Positions 1 to 7,458 of a stretch of 24,000 bases of DNA are shown here, piece after piece. The stretch covers positions 77,488-101,487 of the forward strand of contig NZ_BPEW01000009.1 of the NCBI RefSeq assembly GCF_019654975.1. The letters are read 5' to 3'. Below the pieces are notes generated by a model, which was not told the DNA's origin, did not search any database, and was given only the letters and a program-made list of their open reading frames with translations. The number at the start of each line of letters is the position of its first letter. Position 1 is the stretch's first letter. This stretch comes from Shewanella sp. c952. GTDB lineage: Bacteria > Pseudomonadota > Gammaproteobacteria > Enterobacterales > Shewanellaceae. The translations under genes were made by a program, and so were the position numbers.

Positions 1-161
1 GCTTTAGTCATGTCGCTATCATCGTTAGCGTCAATATCCAAACCTGCTAAGAACTGCAATAACTCGGTGCTTGGCTGGCGACGTAATAGTGCAGCTAGTA
101 ACTGATAAATATCGGCTCTTAGCTGGTCATTTTCTGAAACTTCTCTTACTAATTCGGTCAT
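1..161 (-). CDS. TorD-family redox-enzyme maturation chaperone, 5' end only (gene runs off the left edge)
   Basis: Not in the ORF track because it is truncated. The reverse-strand ATG at 159-161 reads MTELVREVSENDQLRADIYQLLAALLRRQPSTELLQFLAGLDIDANDDSDMTK and stays open to position 1. The R-x-x-I-Y-x-LLA-x-L opening is typical of TorD/DmsD/NarJ-type chaperones. It starts 10 nt after the stop of the polyferredoxin gene, on the same strand. Confidence 0.55.
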   Translation of the reverse strand, partial: MTELVREVSENDQLRADIYQLLAALLRRQPSTELLQFLAGLDIDANDDSDMTK

Positions 162-171
162 GGCTAAACTC

Positions 172-1851
172 TTATCGCAGTTGCTTTTCAGGATCTTGAA
201 GAATGTCTTCAAACATGTCTTTTACTCGACAGTCGCCACACATTTTTAAACGCTGAGTGTTGGCACTGAAGGCACTGTGGGTTCCTACCACTTCTATCAT
301 CCGTTTGACCATGGACTGCGTTGCGAACGGTGTGCCGCAACTAATACATTCAAACGGGGCTTCCTCATGTAAGGTCTGGCGCTCTTGGCGCGCAGCTTTA
401 TCAAAATTAACCTGCGGAGTTAGGCTGATAACTTTCTCAGGACAACCCGCTTCACACAAACCACATTGCACACAATCTTGTTCAACAAAGTGCAGTGCAG
501 GTAGGTCACCACCGTCGGTTAACGCCCCCGTAGGACAGGTTGCTACACAAGACATACACAAGGTGCAGCTCTCGGTATTAACACTAACTCTGCCGTAAGG
601 GATGTTGCTTTGAGACAAACAAGTATCGACAGACGCTGCCTGCTCATTAAGGTGGTCGACAGCGGCGAAAATAGTTTCGCGTTTAGTCGTCGCTGCAAAT
701 TCAGCAGGGACAATCACTGGCCAGCTAGCACTCGTGGTTAGCAATTCGGACAGTTCGTCTGCACCAGCTTCTGTTAGATGATTTTCAGTGATTAAATGAA
801 TACGACGCGGCTGGCCCATCTCATCGAGAATGTCATTGGCTAATGCAAGTTCACCATTAAGCATCTGGGTTAATGTTGGCGCTGTTGCATCAGTATTAAG
901 GATCAAGATTTGGCGTGCGCCCCAAGCAAGAGACGACATCCAATGATCAATACTGGCAACCGTAATCTCTTCCAATTCAACGGGGATGATATCGCCTGCT
1001 AATTGGTCAGTGACCAATTCTGCACCTTTACCAATGTCGTGAAATAATACCACTGGAGCCACTTGCGCTTGTGAGCGAAAGCGTGTCACCAATTTATTAA
1101 GGTAATTATGCATCGATTGCGGTGTTGGCAAGTCATAGCTAATTGCGCCGGTAGGGCATGCATTTGTACAACTACCCGCACCGTGGCATAGGTAAGGGTC
1201 GATTTCGATTTTCTTTTCAACGCTGGCAATCGCATCTGCTGGGCAGAAGTTTAAACAACGATTACAGCCTTCGTTGCCATTGCGACTATGAGCGCAGATC
1301 TCGCTGTTGACCTTGATATAACGCGGCTTATCAAACTCGCCGATAAGATCCGGCAGCTGCGCTAATGCTTCAGCTAACTTAGCTTCATCTTGACCAACGT
1401 AAAAGTAACCGGGTGGCAGCATCTCTAAGTTGATGCATGGGCTCATGCTTAAATCGAGGATAAGATCGAAGTGCGCCTTACGAATTGCAACAACACTTAA
1501 ATCAGCGTTACTGTCTTCGTTTTCGACTTTAACTTGAAACTGACCGAGAAAGCCTTTTATCTCAATAAGCTTATTGTAAAAGCTCTCAACATCTTCAGCC
1601 GCATTCATCACCTGCTCAAGATGAGCTTCATCTTGGCTAGTGATGGCTTCGTTAGCCAAAATGGCACACTTGCCCATATGAGACAATTTGTCGGCTGCTA
1701 GGCGAGCCAAATCTTCTGGCCCGATTACGAGCACATTGCCCTCGGTGGTGTAGCTTACGGTCGGTGGAATTAGGTTTTGAATAACCTGCGTTCCAGCAAG
1801 GACCTGTTGTCGAACCTCTTTGAGTCCAACTTGTGTTTCACGATTGCTCAC
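172..1851 (-). CDS. Multi-[4Fe-4S] ferredoxin-like protein (polyferredoxin), formate-dehydrogenase-cluster associated
   Basis: 559-aa ORF with a GTG start at 1851 and AGGAA about 7 nt upstream. Cys motifs: CAHSRNGNEGCNRCLNFCP (C-x9-C-x2-C-x3-CP), CHGAGSCTNACP (C-x5-C-x3-CP), and two canonical C-x2-C-x2-C-x3-CP motifs (CTLCMSCVATCP, CVQCGLCEAGCP). There is also a C-terminal CISCG...CGDC pair. Long Cys-free stretches lie at the N-terminus and between the cluster pairs. Confidence 0.85.
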   Translation of the reverse strand: MSNRETQVGLKEVRQQVLAGTQVIQNLIPPTVSYTTEGNVLVIGPEDLARLAADKLSHMGKCAILANEAITSQDEAHLEQVMNAAEDVESFYNKLIEIKGFLGQFQVKVENEDSNADLSVVAIRKAHFDLILDLSMSPCINLEMLPPGYFYVGQDEAKLAEALAQLPDLIGEFDKPRYIKVNSEICAHSRNGNEGCNRCLNFCPADAIASVEKKIEIDPYLCHGAGSCTNACPTGAISYDLPTPQSMHNYLNKLVTRFRSQAQVAPVVLFHDIGKGAELVTDQLAGDIIPVELEEITVASIDHWMSSLAWGARQILILNTDATAPTLTQMLNGELALANDILDEMGQPRRIHLITENHLTEAGADELSELLTTSASWPVIVPAEFAATTKRETIFAAVDHLNEQAASVDTCLSQSNIPYGRVSVNTESCTLCMSCVATCPTGALTDGGDLPALHFVEQDCVQCGLCEAGCPEKVISLTPQVNFDKAARQERQTLHEEAPFECISCGTPFATQSMVKRMIEVVGTHSAFSANTQRLKMCGDCRVKDMFEDILQDPEKQLR

Positions 1852-1995
1852 ATTGCGTTCCTGAACAGTTCTTTGGCTGTTTCTGTACGTAGAGTCGCTG
1901 TTTATTATATTGCGCTAAATTAATGCGCCAGCTTTACCTTAAGTACAGCAATTCACATACCAAATTTGTGGAATTAAAAACACTCTATAGTGACG

Positions 1996-2616
1996 TTAAA
2001 CAACTTTGTTATTAGTGTCATCATGGTGTTCTGGTTCATTTTGGGACAGTAGCTCATCATCCTCGTCCAAAATGTCCGATACCGTTTCGGTATCGCTAAC
2101 AGCTTCAACTTGAACAGTTTCTTCGGTACTGGTCATCTCATCTGACTCTAGTGCCAAAGCTTCTTCGTTCTCCTCCTCATCGTCTTTTTCTTTAACAACA
2201 TGGCGGAATACTTTCTTTGCGAGTTCAGCCGAGACTTCCGCAGATAACTTGGGCTGATTACTGTAATCGAGTGCGTATTCGAGCAAACCATCGATTTCGC
2301 TGTAATGCGGCTGTTTCCAAAGAGCTTTTAATGCTGCTGATTTAGCAGCAGGATCAACGTTTGCTCCCATGAAGCTAGCAAAGCTACCACCAACTTCAAT
2401 TTTATCTGGGTCAGGTAAGTCCTCTGCAGTAAGTAGCTGCGCTTCATCAGACTCAACAACTTCTCCGCTAGAACTTTCTGCAGAAGGCGTTGCTGTAATT
2501 GCAGCATCTTCTGTCTCGACCTGCGCTTCAACAGCAACGGGAATTTCGATGTCGGCTTCAGCTTCCTGCTCTACTTTTTGTCGACGCAAATTCCAGCGCG
2601 ACAGTAAGCCACTCAT
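1996..2616 (-). CDS. Acidic hypothetical protein, DUF3306-like
   Basis: 206-aa ORF whose ATG overlaps the upstream stop (ATGA at 2613-2616). It has a basic N-terminal LSRWNLRRQK motif followed by E/D-rich low-complexity segments. From memory, this layout matches DUF3306, which pairs with DUF3305 beside molybdopterin oxidoreductase genes. The family call is unverified. Confidence 0.65.
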   Translation of the reverse strand: MSGLLSRWNLRRQKVEQEAEADIEIPVAVEAQVETEDAAITATPSAESSSGEVVESDEAQLLTAEDLPDPDKIEVGGSFASFMGANVDPAAKSAALKALWKQPHYSEIDGLLEYALDYSNQPKLSAEVSAELAKKVFRHVVKEKDDEEENEEALALESDEMTSTEETVQVEAVSDTETVSDILDEDDELLSQNEPEHHDDTNNKVV

Positions 2617-3083
2617 GAGTTACCTGCAAAATGGTTAGTGCTCGGGCCTTCATTCTTACGGCGATTCACATGCTTTTGACGACGATGCGCTCGAATTTCA
2701 ACTTCACCATGGCGAGTAATAAACGCTTCAATCCAGCAAGCGATTGCCTGTGGCATAGGAATGTTAAGTACCGGAGTATCCCCCTCTAAGCAGCCAGCTG
2801 CGACATTTTGGTCGGCAGAGATAGCAGCAGGGATCCAATCCCCCTCAAGGGTTTCGTCACAAACGATGTATAACATGGCATTATCCATGTCGATATTGAT
2901 ACGGTAGCTACCGCGCTCGTCTTTATGCAGCTCAAGCAAGACGAGTTTTGCACCTTCTGGTGCGGCGTGGGTGGCAGGAAGCATTTGGTCGACTTCCCAC
3001 TGTACTGAGGTCCATCTTCCGACTTGCTTCTCAATCTTTTTCAGAGAAACGTACATTGGCCATTGGCTTTCGGTATGTTGCAT
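2613..3083 (-). CDS. Hypothetical protein, DUF3305-like
   Basis: 156-aa ORF with GGAGA 6 nt upstream of the ATG at 3083. It is the first gene of a co-directional run (2613-3083, 1996-2616, 172-1851, 1-161). The family call rests on size, gene order and pairing with the DUF3306-like ORF, and is from memory. Confidence 0.6.
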   Translation of the reverse strand: MQHTESQWPMYVSLKKIEKQVGRWTSVQWEVDQMLPATHAAPEGAKLVLLELHKDERGSYRINIDMDNAMLYIVCDETLEGDWIPAAISADQNVAAGCLEGDTPVLNIPMPQAIACWIEAFITRHGEVEIRAHRRQKHVNRRKNEGPSTNHFAGNS

Positions 3084-3158
3084 TCAGTCTCCGTCTTGCC
3101 TGAGATGGCTGCCTGGTTGGCAGTCCAACTAAATAGATACTCCTCTAGTGAAGCAATA

Positions 3159-3171
3159 TGTGTGCCACACA
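3159..3171. promoter_or_regulatory. Perfect 6+1+6 inverted repeat TGTGTG-C-CACACA in the divergent control region
   Basis: Read directly from the sequence: tgtgtgccacaca. It lies 76-88 nt upstream of the DUF3305-like ATG and about 23 nt from the centre of the FNR-like box. Function unknown. Confidence 0.25.
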
Positions 3172-3187
3172 ATAACAATATAATAAT

Positions 3188-3201
3188 TTGAACTAGATCA
3201 A
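3188..3201. promoter_or_regulatory. FNR/EtrA-type box TTGAA-CTAG-ATCAA
   Basis: Matches 9 of 10 positions of the FNR consensus TTGAT-N4-ATCAA. It sits in the 282-bp divergent region between the DUF3305-like operon (minus strand) and fdhD (plus strand). I could not place a convincing -10 hexamer at the class II distance for either direction. Confidence 0.4.
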
Positions 3202-3365
3202 CTATTCCCACCAAAGATTAGGACATTTTGTCTAAAACGCAATCTGCAATAGGACATAAAAGGGCGACACCAACGCCATAAGTGTGATCTGTAGCTAACT
3301 TATATCCCACTAAAATTAGGTACAGATATTGCTTACCAATAACTGTAATTAAAATTCCATAACTG

Positions 3366-4205
3366 ATGACGGGTCTTATGACAGCAAACAAGAGCAACCC
3401 AACTTTGATCAAAACTGACACCGAAGTGCCGCTAACCATTGCGGTCAAAGCCATCAATGAAAAAGGCGAGCAGGTCGATAAATTTATTGCTTGCGAGCGC
3501 CCACTGACGGTCTATTTAAATTGGCGCCCAATCGTAACGTTAATGACATTAGGGGCTAGAGCTGAAGCGCTATCACTAGGTTATCTTAAAAATCAGGGGT
3601 TTATATCAGACTTGAGTAAGCTTGAATCCGTCATCGTCGATTGGGATGTCAACTCTGCAGCGATTATCACCAGTGAAACAACCGATGATTTAGATGAGAA
3701 GCTTTCAGAAAAAACGGTCACTTCAGGCTGTGGTCAAGGCACAGTATACGGCGGTTTCATGGCTGGTCTCGATGAAATAAACCTGCCGACACCACAAATA
3801 AAGCAAAGCATGATCTATAGCCTGCTAAAAAATATCAGTGCCTATAACGAAACCTACAAGAATGCCGGAGCTGTGCATGGCTGTGGTTTATGCCAAGGTG
3901 ACCAAATTAAAGGATTCGTTGAAGATGTGGGCCGCCATAATGCCGTTGACACACTAGCTGGGGAGATGTGGTTAAAACAAGATATTGGTCATAACAAGCT
4001 GTTTTACACGACTGGACGGTTAACTTCTGAGATGGTGATTAAGGTCGCCAAGATGGGTATACCGGTATTGCTTTCCCGAAGTGGTGCTACCCAAATGGGG
4101 CTTGAACTCGCGCAGAAGCTTGGGATCACTATGATTGCTCGTGCCAAAGGTCGTCACTTCTTAGTTTATAACGGCGCTGAAAACATTGAATTTGATGCTA
4201 TTTAA
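3366..4205 (+). CDS. fdhD: Formate dehydrogenase accessory sulfurtransferase FdhD
   Basis: 279 aa, alignable by eye with E. coli FdhD. ERPLTVYLNWRPIVTLMTLGARAEALSLGYLKNQGFI matches [37 protein letters not shown]. The Cys loop TSGCGQG and the motifs GRHNAVDT and SRSGATQMG are present. An alternative ATG at 3378 is possible, and neither start has a strong SD. Confidence 0.9.
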   Translation: MTGLMTANKSNPTLIKTDTEVPLTIAVKAINEKGEQVDKFIACERPLTVYLNWRPIVTLMTLGARAEALSLGYLKNQGFISDLSKLESVIVDWDVNSAAIITSETTDDLDEKLSEKTVTSGCGQGTVYGGFMAGLDEINLPTPQIKQSMIYSLLKNISAYNETYKNAGAVHGCGLCQGDQIKGFVEDVGRHNAVDTLAGEMWLKQDIGHNKLFYTTGRLTSEMVIKVAKMGIPVLLSRSGATQMGLELAQKLGITMIARAKGRHFLVYNGAENIEFDAI

Positions 4206-4253
4206 TCACCTACATCAACAAGCAATAACGATTTTTCGCCACAAGGAATCAAA

Positions 4254-5162
4254 ATGACCGAGCCTACAGAGCTTATCTACATGAGTGCCAGACAGGTCTC
4301 TGAATACTTAGATTTGAATGAGAAAAAAGTCTATTCCATGGCGAATGACCGTATTTTACCCGCGACGAAAATCACCGGTAAATGGCTGTTCCCTAAAATA
4401 TTAATTGACCGTTGGGTGATGGACTCCTGCCATAGCGGCATGCTCTCAGATCGAATGCACATAACTGGCAGTGATGATCCTCTGTTATCCATGTTAGTTG
4501 CGCGGATGATGTCGCAAGTTGGCAAGAGCGAACTCATTAGTTACAGCTCCACTGGCTCACGCTTAGGCTTAGATCTGCTTTCTCGCGGTTATGCCGATGT
4601 GTGTACACTGCATTGGGGCAGTGTTGAAGAACGTGGCGTACGCCACCCTGCATTACTGCAAGGCTATGCAAACCACCAACAGTGGGTAATGGTGCATGGC
4701 TATACCCGTAAACAAGGGTTGATGATGCGCTCCGATATGCATCATCGTTGCCAGCAGTTGGACAAAATATCCCAACAGTCTTGGCGCTGGGTCGCAAGAC
4801 AAGCGGGTGCAGGTAGTCAGCAGCATTTGGAGCAATGGTTAATGAAGCAAGGTGCGACATTTGAGCAGTTAAACTCAAACTTAGTTGCTCAAAGTGAACG
4901 CGAATTGGCTGGATACATTGCTCGTAATGATGCTGATATAGGGTTTGGCTGTCAGTCTGTTGCGCTTGAAAGTGGTTTGAGCTTCGTGCCGTTAGTGACG
5001 GAGTCTTTTGACTTTGTTATGCCACAAGGGATCTATTTTAGACGTCAGCTGCAGCGGTTATTCAACTTACTAGCGGAGCCCCAGTCACAGCAGTTAGCAG
5101 CTACATTAGGTGGTTACGATTTAACTGACTGTGGAAAAATCATTTGGAATGGACAAGCATAA
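4254..5162 (+). CDS. Transcriptional regulator, excisionase-type HTH plus periplasmic-binding-protein-like domain (TunR-like architecture)
   Basis: 302 aa with AAGGA 6 nt upstream of the ATG. The N-terminus MSARQVSEYLDLNEKKVYSMANDRILPATKITGKWLFPKILIDRWV is an excisionase/MerR-like HTH. The remaining ~230 aa look like a PBP-like ligand-binding domain. It starts 48 nt downstream of fdhD on the same strand. Confidence 0.7.
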   Translation: MTEPTELIYMSARQVSEYLDLNEKKVYSMANDRILPATKITGKWLFPKILIDRWVMDSCHSGMLSDRMHITGSDDPLLSMLVARMMSQVGKSELISYSSTGSRLGLDLLSRGYADVCTLHWGSVEERGVRHPALLQGYANHQQWVMVHGYTRKQGLMMRSDMHHRCQQLDKISQQSWRWVARQAGAGSQQHLEQWLMKQGATFEQLNSNLVAQSERELAGYIARNDADIGFGCQSVALESGLSFVPLVTESFDFVMPQGIYFRRQLQRLFNLLAEPQSQQLAATLGGYDLTDCGKIIWNGQA

Positions 5163-5186
5163 GCCTATTTAAAGGTGGGCAAAGCA

Positions 5187-5558
5187 TCAAAATGGTCGAC
5201 AAGGTGTGCCTTGATGAAACACCATTTGCCACACCTCCTTATGCTTGCGCCAGATGGAACTGCGCATAGAAAAGTTGGTGATGTTTTCATCTGCTTTTTT
5301 TAGCTTAGCGCGGTAAAAAACCTGACAAACGCCGTCACACAGCTCTCTCACTTCAAAATGGCTAGTTTCAATTGAGGGAGCCCTTTCATCCGGCAAACGT
5401 GAAAGCACTTCACTTTTACCAAAACTGCAGCCGCTAGCAGCAAATTCCATAAAATCATCGCTGATCAAACGCTCGAGCTCTGCCCGAGATGATCTCACCT
5501 CAGGCTTTTGTAAATAGAGCTCTAGTTCTACCAGTAAGTTTTCAACTTTGAAATTCAT
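5187..5558 (-). CDS. NTF2-like / DUF4440-family protein
   Basis: 123-aa ORF. Its size and the pattern (...LISDDFMEFAASGCSFGKSEV...VWQMVFHQGTP) resemble cytoplasmic DUF4440/SnoaL-like proteins. Function unknown. Confidence 0.65.
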   Translation of the reverse strand: MNFKVENLLVELELYLQKPEVRSSRAELERLISDDFMEFAASGCSFGKSEVLSRLPDERAPSIETSHFEVRELCDGVCQVFYRAKLKKADENITNFSMRSSIWRKHKEVWQMVFHQGTPCRPF

Positions 5559-5798
5559 AATGCTACCCAGACCACTAAAATAACCGCGCTTCGAGCCAGC
5601 TATGTGTCAATACCTTTGCACTGAACAAACAAGGCAACTGAATTGATGACATGCTTGATACCAGAGTGAATTCATAACGGAACACTATTCAACTCAGCTA
5701 TATTGCTATGAGTTTAGGATAAGATTTTAAAAAATTGAAATCATTCAGCCAGTTATTTTAGCTACTCTCTCTAATGCTAGAGAGATTGAGGCGATCAC

Positions 5799-6848
5799 CT
5801 AACGCAGTTCGCGGTATTTTTGCCATAGCAGCTGCTGTTCTACTGTTAAAAATGTCCATGCCAAGATACGAGTAATTTTATTGCCTTGGTGCATTTCAAT
5901 CACTTTAACCTCACAGGCTTTTGCTTTCTGCAGCATAGCTTGAGCCAGATTCAAGTTTTCCTTCTTAGAAACTAAAGTGGTGAACCATAAACACTGGCTA
6001 GCAAACATTTGGCTTTCACTAATCATGTTACTAAGAAATTGTTTTTCGCCACCATCGCACCAAAGCTCTGCTTTCTGTCCACCAAAATTAAGTACTGCAG
6101 TCTCTGTATTGGTTGATTTCTTCGTCTCTTTTTTACCTGATTTGGCAGCACGGTTAGCCGCCAAATTTGTCAGCTTTCGGGTAGTACCGGCATTTGCTTC
6201 GGCAAGCGATGCATGAAAGGGTGGATTACATAAAGTGACATCGAAACGATCACCTTTGTTGATAATCCCATTAAATACATGTTGTGGATTATTTTGTAAT
6301 CGGCAACTGAATTTGCGACTTACTTTAGGATTTAGAGCAAATATCTGCAGCGCATTTTCTATTGATACAGGGTCAACATCGCTACCAACAAATTGCCAAC
6401 CATATGATTGGGTTCCAAGTAGTGGATAGATGGCATTGGCGCCAGTGCCTATATCTAATGCGTTAATTTTGTTGCCTTTTGGGATCTGGCTTTTAGACGA
6501 TTTTTTTACTGCTAATAAATCTGCAATATGGTGAATATAATCGGCACGTCCCGGTATCGGCGGACATAAGAAACCCTGTGGGATATCCCAGCAATCAATA
6601 CCGTAATGATACTTAAGTAGCGCCGTATTAAGTGCCTTAACGGCACTTGGGGAGGAATAATCTATCGATAAGTTACCAAAGTCATTAGGGCTAACAAACG
6701 GTTTAAGCTCACGGTAGCAATCAATTAGCGCCTCAAAGTCATAACCCGCATTATGAAGGTTACGCGGGTGCATTCCCTTGTTTAGCGTTGATATTACTTT
6801 AGCTGGAGCGGGGTTGTTCTGCTTGTTGTCTGTTTTATTCATGTTCAC
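5799..6848 (-). CDS. rlmF: 23S rRNA (adenine1618-N6)-methyltransferase RlmF
   Basis: 349 aa, near-colinear with E. coli RlmF/YbiN. Shared motifs: GMHPRNLH, AVKALNTALLKYHY, WDIPQGFLCPPIPGRADYIHHIADLL, the catalytic LCNPPFH, LNFGGQKAELWCDGGE, and WFTTLVSKKENL. Confidence 0.92.
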   Translation of the reverse strand: MNMNKTDNKQNNPAPAKVISTLNKGMHPRNLHNAGYDFEALIDCYRELKPFVSPNDFGNLSIDYSSPSAVKALNTALLKYHYGIDCWDIPQGFLCPPIPGRADYIHHIADLLAVKKSSKSQIPKGNKINALDIGTGANAIYPLLGTQSYGWQFVGSDVDPVSIENALQIFALNPKVSRKFSCRLQNNPQHVFNGIINKGDRFDVTLCNPPFHASLAEANAGTTRKLTNLAANRAAKSGKKETKKSTNTETAVLNFGGQKAELWCDGGEKQFLSNMISESQMFASQCLWFTTLVSKKENLNLAQAMLQKAKACEVKVIEMHQGNKITRILAWTFLTVEQQLLWQKYRELR

Positions 6849-6904
6849 TCAGCGCAATGCATTGGCTATAACGAGGTAGATAATTTGGTTTTACTAAGAC
6901 GATA

Positions 6905-7306
6905 TTAATCGTAAAGATATTTTGTAAACAGTAGGTTCACCACCAGCTCTTTACCCGTTTCTTGCTCTAACAGGCGGTTGACCATTTGGTAGCATTCGCG
7001 CCTAATCTCCTCTTTACCTGTTAGTGATTTCACCTTGTCTTCGGTTTGATTACCTAAGATCTCCACAATTGCTGCACGCAGCAAAGGGTCATGCCTTTCT
7101 AGGCTAACCAAGTCTTCTGGCTTTTTTACCATTAACTCAACACTAAGCCTGACATAACCTAACTTGTTTCGGTTCGATATATAGTTAGTGACGATTTCAG
7201 GCTCGAAGCCGTAATAGGCGTACTCCTCCAGCGGCTTTTCGTCTGCTGCAAATAGGCTAAAACTGCTACTCAAGCCTAAGAGTAATATCGCAATAAATGT
7301 TCTCAT
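6905..7306 (-). CDS. FliL-like (flagellar basal-body-associated family) protein, orphan copy
   Basis: 133 aa with an N-terminal signal/anchor MRTFIAILLLGLSSSFSLFA. The FliL-type pattern is present: YYGFEPEIVTNY...YVRLSVELMV...DPLLRAAIVEILGNQT...GKEEIRRE...VVNLLFTKYLY. No other flagellar genes are in the window. Confidence 0.65.
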   Translation of the reverse strand: MRTFIAILLLGLSSSFSLFAADEKPLEEYAYYGFEPEIVTNYISNRNKLGYVRLSVELMVKKPEDLVSLERHDPLLRAAIVEILGNQTEDKVKSLTGKEEIRRECYQMVNRLLEQETGKELVVNLLFTKYLYD

Positions 7307-7412
7307 TTGGAAAATGACTCCGTCGTCAATATAAGATGAGATAGCTTCTCAATCAGTTTTCTTATCAAGTAGTCCCATCAGTTCAAGCCAGCAACGGCTA
7401 TCTGAGTCGGCA

Positions 7413-7443
7413 TTGACATGCTAGACTGCTTCGGTTCTAGCAT
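7413..7443 (+). promoter_or_regulatory. Candidate ubiC promoter/operator: consensus -35 TTGACA overlapping an 8-bp-arm inverted repeat
   Basis: TTGACA is at 7413-7418. The repeat ATGCTAGA (7418-7425) / TCTAGCAT (7436-7443) has a 10-nt spacer. The only -10-like hexamer is TAGCAT at a long 19-nt spacing. The element ends 16 nt before the ubiC ATG. Confidence 0.25.
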
Positions 7444-7458
7444 TGTACCGAGAATTAG

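Noticed and set aside
1967-1983. A CRP-like site, TGTGGAATTAAAAACAC, upstream of the polyferredoxin gene
   Set aside because: The GTG...CAC cores are 10 nt apart, not the 8 nt required by TGTGA-N6-TCACA, and the half-sites are degenerate.
257-3034. Antisense or alternative-frame ORFs inside the ferredoxin, DUF3306-like and DUF3305-like genes (257-598 +, 2328-2537 -, 2369-2638 +, 2786-3034 -)
   Set aside because: All lie entirely within longer ORFs that have motif support. Their products are compositionally biased (Ser/Ala/Leu-rich), as expected for shadows of GAA/GCT-rich coding sequence.
3084-3365. A molybdenum-cofactor (Moco) riboswitch in the fdhD leader
   Set aside because: I considered it because of the molybdoenzyme context. 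I could not recognise the conserved multi-stem Moco motif by eye; the region is AT-rich with only short palindromes. A covariance-model scan would be needed to exclude it formally.
3218-3457. A 79-aa hydrophobic minus-strand ORF spanning the fdhD promoter and start
   Set aside because: It overlaps the first ~90 nt of fdhD, whose N-terminal length matches E. coli FdhD. It lies in AT-rich promoter DNA, which naturally yields hydrophobic codons. It has no SD or recognisable family.
5766-5785. Hairpin TCTCTCTA-ATGC-TAGAGAGA just downstream of rlmF, as an intrinsic terminator
   Set aside because: The stem is AT-rich and weak, and no U-tract follows it on the minus strand. It may still be a minor structure, but the support is insufficient.
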